Assembly (NCBI GenBank): GCA_037134875.1
Contig: JBAXLH010000005.1
Coordinates: forward strand, 1 to 58,523
Source: a bacterium
Lineage (GTDB): Bacteria > Patescibacteriota > Minisyncoccia > Phycocordibacterales > DATDWN01
Length of the DNA: 58,523 bases
Reading direction: 5' to 3'
Shown: piece by piece, positions 39,018-48,852 of the stretch
Position numbering within the stretch: position 1 is the stretch's first letter
How the letters are laid out: every line of letters begins with the position of its first letter
Position numbers and translations under genes: made by a program
The notes under the pieces: model-generated
Database searches by the model: none
Told to the model about the DNA's origin: nothing
Seen by the model: only the letters and a program-made list of their open reading frames with translations

Positions 39018-39857
39018 TTAAAGTAATTCTATTTCCTCTCTGACCTTTTGTGCTTCTTCACCTCTCACCCCGACAGTTTCAAGTATGTCAGGATTTTCCA
39101 AAATCGTTTTACACAGAACAATACCAGCATTCAAAAGCTCCTTTTTGGCGTGACCATCGAGAGTTGTGAGACATGTGAGTGGATGAAGTTTTGTCTCCAA
39201 AATCATATCGTGCAAGTTGCCGTGTGTCGGATAATTCCAACCAATCATCACGAGACGATTGCCTTGATGTGATCCATATTCTATCGCTGTACTCGTAAAT
39301 TTTGTATTTGTCACAAGCCATCCCTCATCGAGCTGTCTACCTTTTTTGCCGTAATCAAATGTTTGAGTACTGAGATCATCAAATCTTTCTTTGACATACA
39401 GTGCAATTTTCAAATCGGATTTAACACCGAGTTGATTGTGAAATTTTGCCTCTACCATAATAAGTTTCTCTGGATTCCATGCCACTACATCTATTTCGTG
39501 TTCAACATACTGACCCTTCACAATCTGACCCGTAAGAGTTTCAAAACCTTTTGTTTTTAAAATTTCAGCAACATAGTCCTCGAATGGAAAACCCGACGGA
39601 CCGAGCTCCATAATCGCTCGCTTGAGAGAATATCGTATTGCAACTGGTCGATCATCTGAATGGAGAAGTTCGAATGCTTTATTATAAATATCCCGAGTAG
39701 TCATTCCATCAGTCAGCGTATCTGTGATAGTACTCAAAATTGACTCTATTATTTTTGAGTTTGCACCAGCGTGCCTGAGTGAGTGTTCGAGCTTTGCTAC
39801 ATCAAACTGCTCTTTTGTCCCATCAAACTTTATAATATAAATTGGTTCCGTATTCAT
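39018..39857 (-). CDS. ATP-cone + Mrr-like PD-(D/E)xK nuclease fusion
   Basis: IIKFDGTKEQFDVAKL ATP-cone; GFPFEDYV...HEIDVVA...VEAK nuclease motifs. Confidence 0.8.
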   Translation of the reverse strand: MNTEPIYIIKFDGTKEQFDVAKLEHSLRHAGANSKIIESILSTITDTLTDGMTTRDIYNKAFELLHSDDRPVAIRYSLKRAIMELGPSGFPFEDYVAEILKTKGFETLTGQIVKGQYVEHEIDVVAWNPEKLIMVEAKFHNQLGVKSDLKIALYVKERFDDLSTQTFDYGKKGRQLDEGWLVTNTKFTSTAIEYGSHQGNRLVMIGWNYPTHGNLHDMILETKLHPLTCLTTLDGHAKKELLNAGIVLCKTILENPDILETVGVRGEEAQKVREEIELL

Positions 39858-39901
39858 ACGGTTATTATCGCATATATACAGTTTGGAGCAAACAGTATAG
39901 T

Positions 39902-41107
39902 TTAGGCTACTTTTTCAATAATTCCCCCACCGAGACAAACCTCTCCGGTATACAAAACAGCAGATTGACCGACAGCTACACCATTTTGAGGCACTTCAAA
40001 ATCAATACAATATTCATTATCTTGTTTTGTAACAGTACACCGTTGTTTTTCTTGTCTGTATCTAATTCGCACAGAACAGACAAAAGGAAAAGCTGGTTCT
40101 TGTCCGGAAATGAAATGCAAATTTTTGACAGTGATTTTTTTGGTTGAAAAAACAGTTTCTTTTTCTGTCTCTTTGTCTGCAACAGTAATCGTATTTTTTT
40201 CCAAATCTTTTGACACCACAAAAAGTTTTGGACTGTTTGCGGTTTTTTTGATTATTTCAAATCCATGACGCTCACCGATGGTAGAAAATATTGCACCGTT
40301 GTGTTTGCCGATGACTTCACCTTTTGTATTTAGAACATCGCCAGGTTTTTCTGAAATATAATGAGCCAAAAATTCCTTCATATCGAGTTTACCCAGAAAA
40401 CAAACTCCTTGACTATCTTTTTTGGTAGCTGTCGGCAAGCCAAACTTCTCAGCGAGCGTTCTGACTTCCGGCTTAGTCATTCCACCAATAGGAAAAAGAA
40501 TATGTGAGAGCTGGTCTTGACTTAGTGTGTACAGAAAATATGACTGATCTTTGTTTTTGTCGACAGATTCGTGGAGCTCAAAAAACTCAAAATCTTTTGA
40601 ATGGGAATGTTCTGACGGAACATTGCGCAGGCCGACGGGCTGAGCACGAAGAAATTTGCCAGCAGGCAAATATTCTGTTTCCGGCAGAATATTCCCTGAA
40701 AAATATTTTGAGTTTTTATGCACCACGGCATAGTGTCCCGTCGCAACATAATCAGCTCCCATTTCAAGAGCTTTTTTGAGAAAAACACCGAACTTTACAT
40801 ACTTGTTACAAAACACGTCCGGGTTTGGTGTGCGACCGACGCGATATTCGTTTATCATATAATCTGCAACCTCTTTTTTATATTCTTCCTGACAGTCCAG
40901 TGTTATAAACGGTACACCGAGCGTCGCACAAACTCGCATTGCATCCCGTCGTTCTTCTCGCCAATTACACTCAAGAAAATCAGGATTCCAAACACGCAAA
41001 AAAACTCCAGTCACATCGTAGCCCTGTCTTTTGAGCAAAGCCAAAGCAACAGAGCTATCCACTCCACCAGAAACTCCCACAAAAACTTTTTTTCCTTTTG
41101 AGACCAT
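39902..41107 (-). CDS. mnmA: tRNA 2-thiouridylase MnmA with a ~40-aa insertion
   Basis: SGGVDS, TPNPDVFCN, ATGHY, KDQSYFL and SQGVCF. Confidence 0.96.
   Translation of the reverse strand: MVSKGKKVFVGVSGGVDSSVALALLKRQGYDVTGVFLRVWNPDFLECNWREERRDAMRVCATLGVPFITLDCQEEYKKEVADYMINEYRVGRTPNPDVFCNKYVKFGVFLKKALEMGADYVATGHYAVVHKNSKYFSGNILPETEYLPAGKFLRAQPVGLRNVPSEHSHSKDFEFFELHESVDKNKDQSYFLYTLSQDQLSHILFPIGGMTKPEVRTLAEKFGLPTATKKDSQGVCFLGKLDMKEFLAHYISEKPGDVLNTKGEVIGKHNGAIFSTIGERHGFEIIKKTANSPKLFVVSKDLEKNTITVADKETEKETVFSTKKITVKNLHFISGQEPAFPFVCSVRIRYRQEKQRCTVTKQDNEYCIDFEVPQNGVAVGQSAVLYTGEVCLGGGIIEKVA
40581..40717. repeat. Palindromic element inserted in-frame in mnmA
   Basis: Perfect 13-bp outer inverted repeat aaaaactcaaaat/attttgagttttt enclosing at least three hairpins. 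Confidence 0.8.
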
Positions 41108-41133
41108 TGAGGAATTTATACCACAAATTTAGA

Positions 41134-42126
41134 TTATTTCAAATACTTTGCTTTGTTTCTTTTATGTTCCTCAAATGTTTTGGCGTAATGTATCGTTCCG
41201 TTTTTTTCTGTCAGATAGTACAAATAATCCGACGTGACTGGAGTTGCAGCCGCAATAATAGCATTGACTCCCGGATTGCCGATCGGTCCCGGCGGTAAAC
41301 CTTTGTGTGTGTATGTGTTATACGGAGAATCAATTTTCAAATCTGCCAGTGTCAGATTGTATGTATTTTTTCCATTTATATACAGAAATGATGAGTCGAC
41401 TTGGAGAGGCATTCCGATAGATATTCTCTTCCATAGTATTCCGGAGACAGTCTGTCGATCTGCAGGCAACACTTCATCTTCCAAAATAGATGCCATTGTA
41501 ATAATGTCTGACAAACTTTTTCCAGATTTTTTTACTTCCGCCAACTGACTCACTTTTTGTTCAAAATTTTGATTCATCATTTGTATAATCTCTTTTGCTC
41601 CATATGATGGAGGAAGAAAATATGTATCAGGAAACAAATATCCCTCACGTGGTTTTGCAAGACTCAAAAATTCCGCTTTATTGAAATTTGTTAAGTTTTT
41701 CTCGAGATAATCCCCGATTTGCGACACAGTCCAACCCTCAGGAATCGTCACTTTGACTGCATTGATTCTAAACTGTCCAGCAACCAGTCGCTCAGCAAGG
41801 ACAAGAACATTTTCTTTTTGATCTAAGAGATAATCACCGGCAATTACCTTTTTTTCTCCTCCAAACAGAATAACGAGCGAACGGAAAAGAAATGTTGATT
41901 TAACAATATGACTATCTTTTAAATTTATACTTATTGACTGCAATGATTCACCAGAATGTATTGTGAGTGTACTACCTATCGGAAAATCAGAAGGAGCAGA
42001 AAAAATAAAAACCACGACAATTGACAGGACAAACGCAAAAGAAAAAGCAATCATTGCTTTTTTCTTTTCAGATGTAAACTCAGAAAAATAATGTCTCAGT
42101 TTTTCGATCCAGATTTTGTAATCCAT
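41134..42126 (-). CDS. mltG: Endolytic transglycosylase MltG
   Basis: TM anchor, IPEG, EGYLFPDTY, ASILEDE, LQVD, SPYNTY and GLPPGPIGNPG. Confidence 0.93.
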   Translation of the reverse strand: MDYKIWIEKLRHYFSEFTSEKKKAMIAFSFAFVLSIVVVFIFSAPSDFPIGSTLTIHSGESLQSISINLKDSHIVKSTFLFRSLVILFGGEKKVIAGDYLLDQKENVLVLAERLVAGQFRINAVKVTIPEGWTVSQIGDYLEKNLTNFNKAEFLSLAKPREGYLFPDTYFLPPSYGAKEIIQMMNQNFEQKVSQLAEVKKSGKSLSDIITMASILEDEVLPADRQTVSGILWKRISIGMPLQVDSSFLYINGKNTYNLTLADLKIDSPYNTYTHKGLPPGPIGNPGVNAIIAAATPVTSDYLYYLTEKNGTIHYAKTFEEHKRNKAKYLK

Positions 42127-42137
42127 TGTTGATACTT

Positions 42138-43373
42138 TTATATAGGCAAATTTTGAGGAGCCTCGGCTTTTCGAGAACCGATTCTCTCAAATGTAGGCGT
42201 TGCTGATACACCACCTGGGAAATGATAGACTGTCGCCAATTCTTCACTATTCAAAACAAAAACTCCCCTTTTGTATGGTTTATAGAAAAACTGTCTGCGT
42301 TTATATGCATCGAACATTACCCCTTTTTCAAAATTGGCAACTTTATCTTTTCTATCTATCCATGGATACTTTTTTGATCCAGCAATTGTTGGTTTGAATG
42401 CATTCAAATTATTTGAATTAAAATGTGTAATACCACCAATCACTCCGCCAATATTACTTCTATCAAATATATCTTTTGGAGCCATATAAATAGCCCTCAT
42501 TCCCACATCAAATCCGGGCTTTGAAATACTTCTCTCGAGTGCTTTTACTGTTTCCATTTCACCGTCTGTCAAAAGTCTACCTTTATCCTCTTTGCCTGTT
42601 GCATCATCTTTTTTACCTTTCGTTCCTTCATAAATTTTATCTATTTCCACCTTGGCTGCTTTCGCCCATGCAAGATCAACAAGTTTACCTGTTACTGGGT
42701 CTTTGTCTGTCGCTTTGTGTGCACGAACGACAATCTGAAACCATGCTTGATGACCTTTTTTGAGAGTACCGAAAAATTCAATGAGAGGAGTGAGTGGATC
42801 AATCTTATATTCTTCTTTTGGATCTTTGTCCATTCCGTAGTCAACATATGTTTTGATAGGAAACACATCAGCTTTAGTCAAACCAAATTCGCATGTCATC
42901 ATTCCTACCGTCGCAGGATCAAAACTCATAGGTAGTGTGTAGTCTGGGACTTCGTATATTTCTATACCTGGATATTGTGAATACAAGTTTGCTTCAATCG
43001 CATTTCTGTAAGATTTTCGTGTCCAGATAAAGAAATGAACCTCGCCACCAATCGATACAATCTCCAGAGAAAACCATGGTCGAGTCGAGCCTTTCCACCA
43101 ATCCAAAAACCAGTTTCCATCTCCAAACGGCTGATTGAGTCCTGCAATCATAAACTCCATTGCTCGTGGAGATTTAAAAATTTCTTTTGGGAGTTTAATC
43201 TCGAGCAAAATATATGTCTGCTTTGCAAAAAACATAGCTCGCCTCCAGTCTACCCACAGCTCAAAAGCAAGAATAAAAAGTAACACAGGCAACCATACAA
43301 AAGATGTGTAATAAAGAATTTTGAATACCTCCACTACATTATGATTGGCAAATATATTAAAAATAGAATTCAT
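42138..43373 (-). CDS. Conserved hypothetical membrane protein (CPR-type)
   Basis: N-terminal TM helix, WFSLEI, YSQYP, YPIKTY-like FPIKTY and EELATVYHFP; resembles N-terminal regions of CPR VirD4-like proteins (by eye only). Confidence 0.65.
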   Translation of the reverse strand: MNSIFNIFANHNVVEVFKILYYTSFVWLPVLLFILAFELWVDWRRAMFFAKQTYILLEIKLPKEIFKSPRAMEFMIAGLNQPFGDGNWFLDWWKGSTRPWFSLEIVSIGGEVHFFIWTRKSYRNAIEANLYSQYPGIEIYEVPDYTLPMSFDPATVGMMTCEFGLTKADVFPIKTYVDYGMDKDPKEEYKIDPLTPLIEFFGTLKKGHQAWFQIVVRAHKATDKDPVTGKLVDLAWAKAAKVEIDKIYEGTKGKKDDATGKEDKGRLLTDGEMETVKALERSISKPGFDVGMRAIYMAPKDIFDRSNIGGVIGGITHFNSNNLNAFKPTIAGSKKYPWIDRKDKVANFEKGVMFDAYKRRQFFYKPYKRGVFVLNSEELATVYHFPGGVSATPTFERIGSRKAEAPQNLPI

Positions 43374-43392
43374 ATAAAAATAATTATATCAC

Positions 43393-43428
43393 AATCAAAA
43401 AACTTCCCAAATGGGAAGTTTTTTGATT
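43393..43428. terminator. 17-bp perfect inverted repeat, probable terminator
   Basis: aatcaaaaaacttccca-aa-tgggaagttttttgatt. Confidence 0.75.
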
Positions 43429-44465
43429 TACGCAATACTGTATTTACCGTCTTTTGATTTCTTGAAATATTTTGTGTTCTGAAGGTTTACCATAATCGTG
43501 TTTTCCTTTACATATCTTTCCTTCAAAACCTTTTCAACAACTTCTTCTTTTGTCAGTGGGCCGTTCTTTTCGATAACACCTTTGATAACATCCTTTACAA
43601 CGCCAGACATATATCCCCATTCTGCGAGTGCATAGAGTCCTCTGCCGACGAGCACAAATCGAGGATCTTTGATAAGTTCATTGTGTGTTGTTGCTACGTG
43701 AGCTTTCTTTTTGAAAACCTCTGTAATGAGTTTTGCAACTTCTCGGAAGTGAATTGGAGAACCGTGTCGTCTGATGACGAGGAATGCATAGTCTCGCATA
43801 CCTTTTGCTTTGATATTTGGAGAATCTGCCTTACCCCATTCGCCGAGTGGGTTTTTGTCGATGAGTTTTGAGAGCGCGAGCCATCGTTTTGCAATTTCCT
43901 CTTTTTTATATTTGTCTGCAACATCTTTGAGATTTTCCAAAAACTTCTCAATCATATCTGCTTCGAGCAAAATCTCATCATCTGACAAGTTTGAATACAA
44001 ATCACGAAGTGACTCATGAATTCTCTTTGAGAGATCCTTGTCAACATGCCATCTGTGTTTGAATTCGTCGTCTTCTTTTTCTTTTATGAAATCTTCACCA
44101 ACAATGAGCAAAAAGTGGAGGTGGTTTTGGATTGATTTGTCTTTTGAGAGATGATTCAAAAGATCTTCTTCGGAAATGACAGCTCCGAGACCCTCAACAA
44201 TAGCTTTGAGCTCATCAAACACAGGTTTTTCTTTTGTGTATTCTTTTGATTTGCGAATACTTGCAATAGAATAGTTTTCTATCTGTCTCACTCGCTCTCG
44301 TGTGATTTTGTATTTCTTTCCGATTGCTTCGAGAGTCATCTTTCGAGTTTCGTTTCCGAGACCGAGACGATTGATCAAAACGTCCTGGGCTCTCTGTGAG
44401 AGAACTGAAAGAAGTTTCTTTGTAACCTGCTTTGGCTTAAATGTTATTGGTGATTTTTCGCTCAT
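43428..44465 (-). CDS. Sigma70 region-4-like HTH fused to C-terminal winged HTH (HARE-HTH-like)
   Basis: TLEAIGKKYKITRERVRQIE; PIHFREVAKLI...HNELIKDPRFVLVGRGLYALAEWG; no sigma region 2 seen. Confidence 0.8.
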   Translation of the reverse strand: MSEKSPITFKPKQVTKKLLSVLSQRAQDVLINRLGLGNETRKMTLEAIGKKYKITRERVRQIENYSIASIRKSKEYTKEKPVFDELKAIVEGLGAVISEEDLLNHLSKDKSIQNHLHFLLIVGEDFIKEKEDDEFKHRWHVDKDLSKRIHESLRDLYSNLSDDEILLEADMIEKFLENLKDVADKYKKEEIAKRWLALSKLIDKNPLGEWGKADSPNIKAKGMRDYAFLVIRRHGSPIHFREVAKLITEVFKKKAHVATTHNELIKDPRFVLVGRGLYALAEWGYMSGVVKDVIKGVIEKNGPLTKEEVVEKVLKERYVKENTIMVNLQNTKYFKKSKDGKYSIA

Positions 44466-44563
44466 AAATAATGTAATAATGTTTTAATAATTTTTATAAC
44501 CTAAATCGTATAGTCTATTTCTATCACTATTAGTCATTTTCGTCAAGTGCCTGTCAAGATTTT

Positions 44564-47464
44564 CTACACCACGACAAAATTAACAAGTCTATTCGCTACA
44601 TAAATGGTTTTTTTGATTTCTTTACCCAAAAGCCACTTGTCTACCTCTGGAAGTTTTTTGGCAATATCTACTATTTCATCCTGTGCAGTTCCTCCAGGAA
44701 CAGAGCATTCTGCCCGTACTTTTCCATTGATTTGAATCATAATTTTGATCTCTGTTTCAACAATTTTTTTCGGATCCGCTTTTGGCCATTTTTCGATGGA
44801 AATCAAGGTTTTGTTTCCTATAGCGTGCCAAATTTCTTCTGTAATATGTGGCGCAAACGGAGAGAGAATTTTGAGAAACATTTCAAAATCCTCTTTGTTT
44901 ATTTTCTCCAATTTTTCAGCCTCATTTAGGAAAATCATCATTCCAGAAATGGCTGTGTTGAATCCCATTTTTTCAATATCATCAGAAACTTTTTTGAGTG
45001 TCTTATGGAGAAGTGTTTCAAATTTTTGATCAGGTGTTGTATTTTTTACAACACGAAACTGAAGTCGCCAGACGCGGTCAAGAAATCTTCGGGCACCAAT
45101 AATATTTTGCTCATCCCAACCAATCGCCTGATCAAATGGGCCCATAAACATTTCGTACATTCGGAGCGTATCGGCACCATATGCTTTTACAATATCATCG
45201 GGATTTACCACATTTCCGCGAGACTTGCTCATTTTTTCCCCACCCTTTGCAAGAATCATTCCATGAGATGTACGTTTTTTGTACGGTTCTGAAAATGGCA
45301 CAAGTCCAATATCAAACAAAAACTTGTTCCAAAATCGTGAGTAGAGCAAATGGAGTGTTGTATGTTCCATTCCACCGTTGTACCAGTCCACTTGCATCCA
45401 CTTTTTCATTTTTTTCATATCCGCAAACTTCTTTGAATTTTTTGGATCTGTGTATCGCAAGAAATACCACGAACTTCCCGCCCAGTTTGGCATTGTGTCT
45501 GTCTCGCGTTTTGCCTTCCCACCACATGTTGGACATTTTATATTGACCCACTTTGAAATACTGGCGAGTGGTGACTCCCCTGTATCTGTCGGCTCATATT
45601 TTGTAACTTTTGGAAGAGTTAGTGGTAAGTCCTTTTCTTTGAGGGGCACAATTCCACAGTCCGGACAATGTACAACCGGAATCGGTTCACCCCAATATCT
45701 CTGACGAGAAAACACCCAATCTCGCAATTTGAATTTTGTTACTGATTTTCCGTGAACAAATTTTGTGATTTCTTTTTTAGCCTTTTCACTATCTGTTCCA
45801 TTAAATCTTCCAGAGTTAATCATCAATCCGTTTCCTAAATAAGATGAACTAACAAAAATATTTTTATCACTCGTTTTGTCAAACCCTAATTCAATAATCC
45901 TGGCTATTGAATTCGTAATAAACCACACCCAATGATCATTATCATGACCACCATTATGTGCAAGTATGTTATCCAACAATTCTTTGCCCGAAACCCAAGT
46001 TAAATCAAAATCTTCATGTTCTTCATGATGTACCTTTTTTTCCTCTGTGCTATTCAAAATAACGAGAAAACAGGTTGCCCAAGCAGAGCGATTAACTTTT
46101 CGTAAACTATTATAATAGTGAGTATATGCTGTGCCAACAAATTCAACTTTTTTAAAATCATACAGACCACTTTCCTCCTCAACTTCACGAAGAATGCCAG
46201 TTTTAATATCTTCGCCACTATCTACTCCACCAGAAAACAGTCTAAAAGCACCGTTTTTTTGGAGGCCGACTGCGTATTTTTGTGTTTTTGGATCAAAAAC
46301 AATTCCACATCCACCATTTCTCTCTTCTTCATTTTCTCTCTTGAGACCAAATTCAGGAGCTATGACTTGTTTTATTGGTAGTTCATACTTCTTTGCAAAC
46401 GCAAAATCACGTTCGTCGTGAGCGGGCACAGCCATTACGCTACCTGTACCATATGTTGCAAGTACATAGTCAGCAATAAAGACCGGAATTTCTTCGTTGG
46501 TTGCAGGATTTATTGCCTGTACACCACGGAGTAGGACTCCTGTCTTTTCTTTTTCATCGGCAGTACGCTCTATCTCAGCTTTCTTTTTTGAATCAGAAAT
46601 ATATGTTTCTACCTCACTCCAGTTTGTAATTTGATTTTTGAGTTTCTGTACAAACTCGTGTTCCGGCGCAAGTACAACATATGTCGCTCCGAAAATTGTG
46701 TCTGGTCGAGTTGTAAAAACTTTTATTTTTTCGGAAATTTTTTTGAGTGCAAATTCAATTTCTGCGCCCTCGCTCCGTCCAATCCAATTTCTCTGCTGAA
46801 GTTTTATTTTTTCCAAATAGTCGACAGTATCCAAATCTCTATCTAATTTGTCTGCATACTTTGTAATCCGAAGCATCCACTGTTCCTTCTCACGTTTTTC
46901 TACCGGAGTACCACATCGCTCACAACAACCGTTTACAACCTCCTCGTTTGCAAGACCGATTTTATCCTTTGGACACCAATTTATATTTATTTTTGCTTTG
47001 TATGCCAGATCATGTTTCAAAAATTGCAAGAAAATCCACTGCGTCCATCTGTAATATTTTGGATCAGTTGTGTTTATTTCTCGTGACCAATCAAAAGACA
47101 TCCCGAGACCTTTAAATTGTTTTCTGAAATTGTCTGTATTTTTCTGTGTGACTTTTGCCGGCTGGATTCCGGTTTTGATAGCATAATTCTCTGTGGGAAG
47201 TCCGAATGCATCCCAACCTATTGGAAATAGAACATTTGCCCCGTTCATTCGTTTCTTGCGCGAAATAATATCCATCGCAGTATATCCGCGAACATGGCCG
47301 GTATGAAGTCCATCTCCTGATGGATATGGAAATTCCATAAGTCCATAAAATTTTTGTTTTTTTGAAGTATCAGAAGCACGAAAAACTTTTTTCTTTTCCC
47401 ATTCTTTCTGCCATTTTGGCTCTATATTACTTGGCTCGTATTCCTTGGATATAGTTTTTTTCAT
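44564..47464 (-). CDS. leuS: Leucine--tRNA ligase with an inserted Nudix domain
   Basis: FPYPSGDGLHTGH, FTTRPDT, RDWVFSRQRYWG and KMSKS; start at ATG 47464. Confidence 0.97.
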   Translation of the reverse strand: MKKTISKEYEPSNIEPKWQKEWEKKKVFRASDTSKKQKFYGLMEFPYPSGDGLHTGHVRGYTAMDIISRKKRMNGANVLFPIGWDAFGLPTENYAIKTGIQPAKVTQKNTDNFRKQFKGLGMSFDWSREINTTDPKYYRWTQWIFLQFLKHDLAYKAKININWCPKDKIGLANEEVVNGCCERCGTPVEKREKEQWMLRITKYADKLDRDLDTVDYLEKIKLQQRNWIGRSEGAEIEFALKKISEKIKVFTTRPDTIFGATYVVLAPEHEFVQKLKNQITNWSEVETYISDSKKKAEIERTADEKEKTGVLLRGVQAINPATNEEIPVFIADYVLATYGTGSVMAVPAHDERDFAFAKKYELPIKQVIAPEFGLKRENEEERNGGCGIVFDPKTQKYAVGLQKNGAFRLFSGGVDSGEDIKTGILREVEEESGLYDFKKVEFVGTAYTHYYNSLRKVNRSAWATCFLVILNSTEEKKVHHEEHEDFDLTWVSGKELLDNILAHNGGHDNDHWVWFITNSIARIIELGFDKTSDKNIFVSSSYLGNGLMINSGRFNGTDSEKAKKEITKFVHGKSVTKFKLRDWVFSRQRYWGEPIPVVHCPDCGIVPLKEKDLPLTLPKVTKYEPTDTGESPLASISKWVNIKCPTCGGKAKRETDTMPNWAGSSWYFLRYTDPKNSKKFADMKKMKKWMQVDWYNGGMEHTTLHLLYSRFWNKFLFDIGLVPFSEPYKKRTSHGMILAKGGEKMSKSRGNVVNPDDIVKAYGADTLRMYEMFMGPFDQAIGWDEQNIIGARRFLDRVWRLQFRVVKNTTPDQKFETLLHKTLKKVSDDIEKMGFNTAISGMMIFLNEAEKLEKINKEDFEMFLKILSPFAPHITEEIWHAIGNKTLISIEKWPKADPKKIVETEIKIMIQINGKVRAECSVPGGTAQDEIVDIAKKLPEVDKWLLGKEIKKTIYVANRLVNFVVV

Positions 47465-47553
47465 AATACTCAGTATGCCAAAAAACCCGCATAAAATCAA
47501 AGTGTCAAGGACTTGCCCTGACACTTTTGATTATTTTAATTTTGTTTTACTTT

Positions 47554-48528
47554 CTACTGTTTTACAGGCATTGCTGGAATGGCTTTTGGCTGAATATATT
47601 GATTTGCTGGAATTGTTTTATCAAAACAATATCGTCCTGCTGGATGTGACCAATCCGTAGCAGTTGTATCATAGTAAAGTGGCACAGCATATTGATTTTT
47701 TTGAGATGCTTTGTTGAATTCTGCACAGAGCTGATATGCCTTTGCACTCTGCCCTATCAAAATATACTCATACATTCTGTTTGTTTGTTTATCAGAACAC
47801 ATACCACTATTGGAGCTCTGAACACAACCGAGATCATTTATAGAGCTAGGTAAACTTGCATGAAGTGAATAATAATTTGTTACAAGATAATCCATATTTT
47901 GAAGATCATTTACTTTTTGTTCATCATATTTGAGAAGTTGTTGTGTGCGAGGTGAACCAAGAACAGAAAATCCCCAAATGATTGAACCGAGTACAATCAC
48001 GAATGCGACAATCATCCAAACTTTTTTTGACATAGATGTAAGCTTTCCTCTGATATCTGAAATGTAGTAGAGAAATACGGCAAGAGCAATCACAAACACA
48101 ACAAGCACTTTGAGCAAAAAGCTCGCAGTGAGTTCCTGACCATCAATAAAGTAATACAAGACAGTCACGAGGTCGCCAGCGAGAGTGAGCCCGGCAATGA
48201 AAAGTGTAATATATGTCAGCCACTTTCGAATACCTATATTCTTGCGTTCTGGCTCGGTAGCATATTCTCTTTCCAAAATCCACATAAGTAAGATATATAT
48301 TGGAAAGAAAATAATAAGAGTTGCTACAGGAAAACTGATTGATGGTGTGTAATATGAATAATATGTATTTACTATTTGTGGAAACGCTGTGTTAATTACA
48401 ATAAACAGGATATTGATAAGATTTCCTATCACAGTAAACAGTGCGACTATCGCGCCAAGATTGAGAAAAAAATCTTTGGGAGATGATTTTGACTTTACGC
48501 TTACATTTTGCATTTGATTTGGTTCCAT
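47554..48528 (-). CDS. DUF5671-like membrane protein with a pilin-like C-terminal region
   Basis: SSPKDFFL, five TM helices, IRKWLTYITLF, GSPR...DEQKVNDLQ and YQLCAEF. Confidence 0.65.
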   Translation of the reverse strand: MEPNQMQNVSVKSKSSPKDFFLNLGAIVALFTVIGNLINILFIVINTAFPQIVNTYYSYYTPSISFPVATLIIFFPIYILLMWILEREYATEPERKNIGIRKWLTYITLFIAGLTLAGDLVTVLYYFIDGQELTASFLLKVLVVFVIALAVFLYYISDIRGKLTSMSKKVWMIVAFVIVLGSIIWGFSVLGSPRTQQLLKYDEQKVNDLQNMDYLVTNYYSLHASLPSSINDLGCVQSSNSGMCSDKQTNRMYEYILIGQSAKAYQLCAEFNKASQKNQYAVPLYYDTTATDWSHPAGRYCFDKTIPANQYIQPKAIPAMPVKQ

Positions 48529-48601
48529 AATAAAAAGTTAATTATTAATTATTAGTATTATACCATTTATTTAAAGAAAAACCCTAGACAGTGTCCGGGG
48601 A

Positions 48602-48838
48602 TTAATTTTTGGATAGTTTAGATTCGATCTGTTTGAATAGTTCCAATTTACGCCAGAAAAGGTACACATCCCATGCGTTGAAACAAAACAAAAGAAACAT
48701 CAAAAAACTTATAAAATATTCTTTCTTAAAAAAAAGAATAGAAGAATAAAAAATAGAACCCACAGAAAGAAGAAGTCTAATATAAAAAAGAATGGTTGCC
48801 TTTCTTTTACTCATATTGGTCTGATAAAAGAATAGCAC
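48602..48838 (-). CDS. Small membrane protein
   Basis: Two hydrophobic helices. Confidence 0.5.
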   Translation of the reverse strand: MLFFYQTNMSKRKATILFYIRLLLSVGSIFYSSILFFKKEYFISFLMFLLFCFNAWDVYLFWRKLELFKQIESKLSKN

Positions 48839-48852
48839 TTTTTAGGGAAAAA

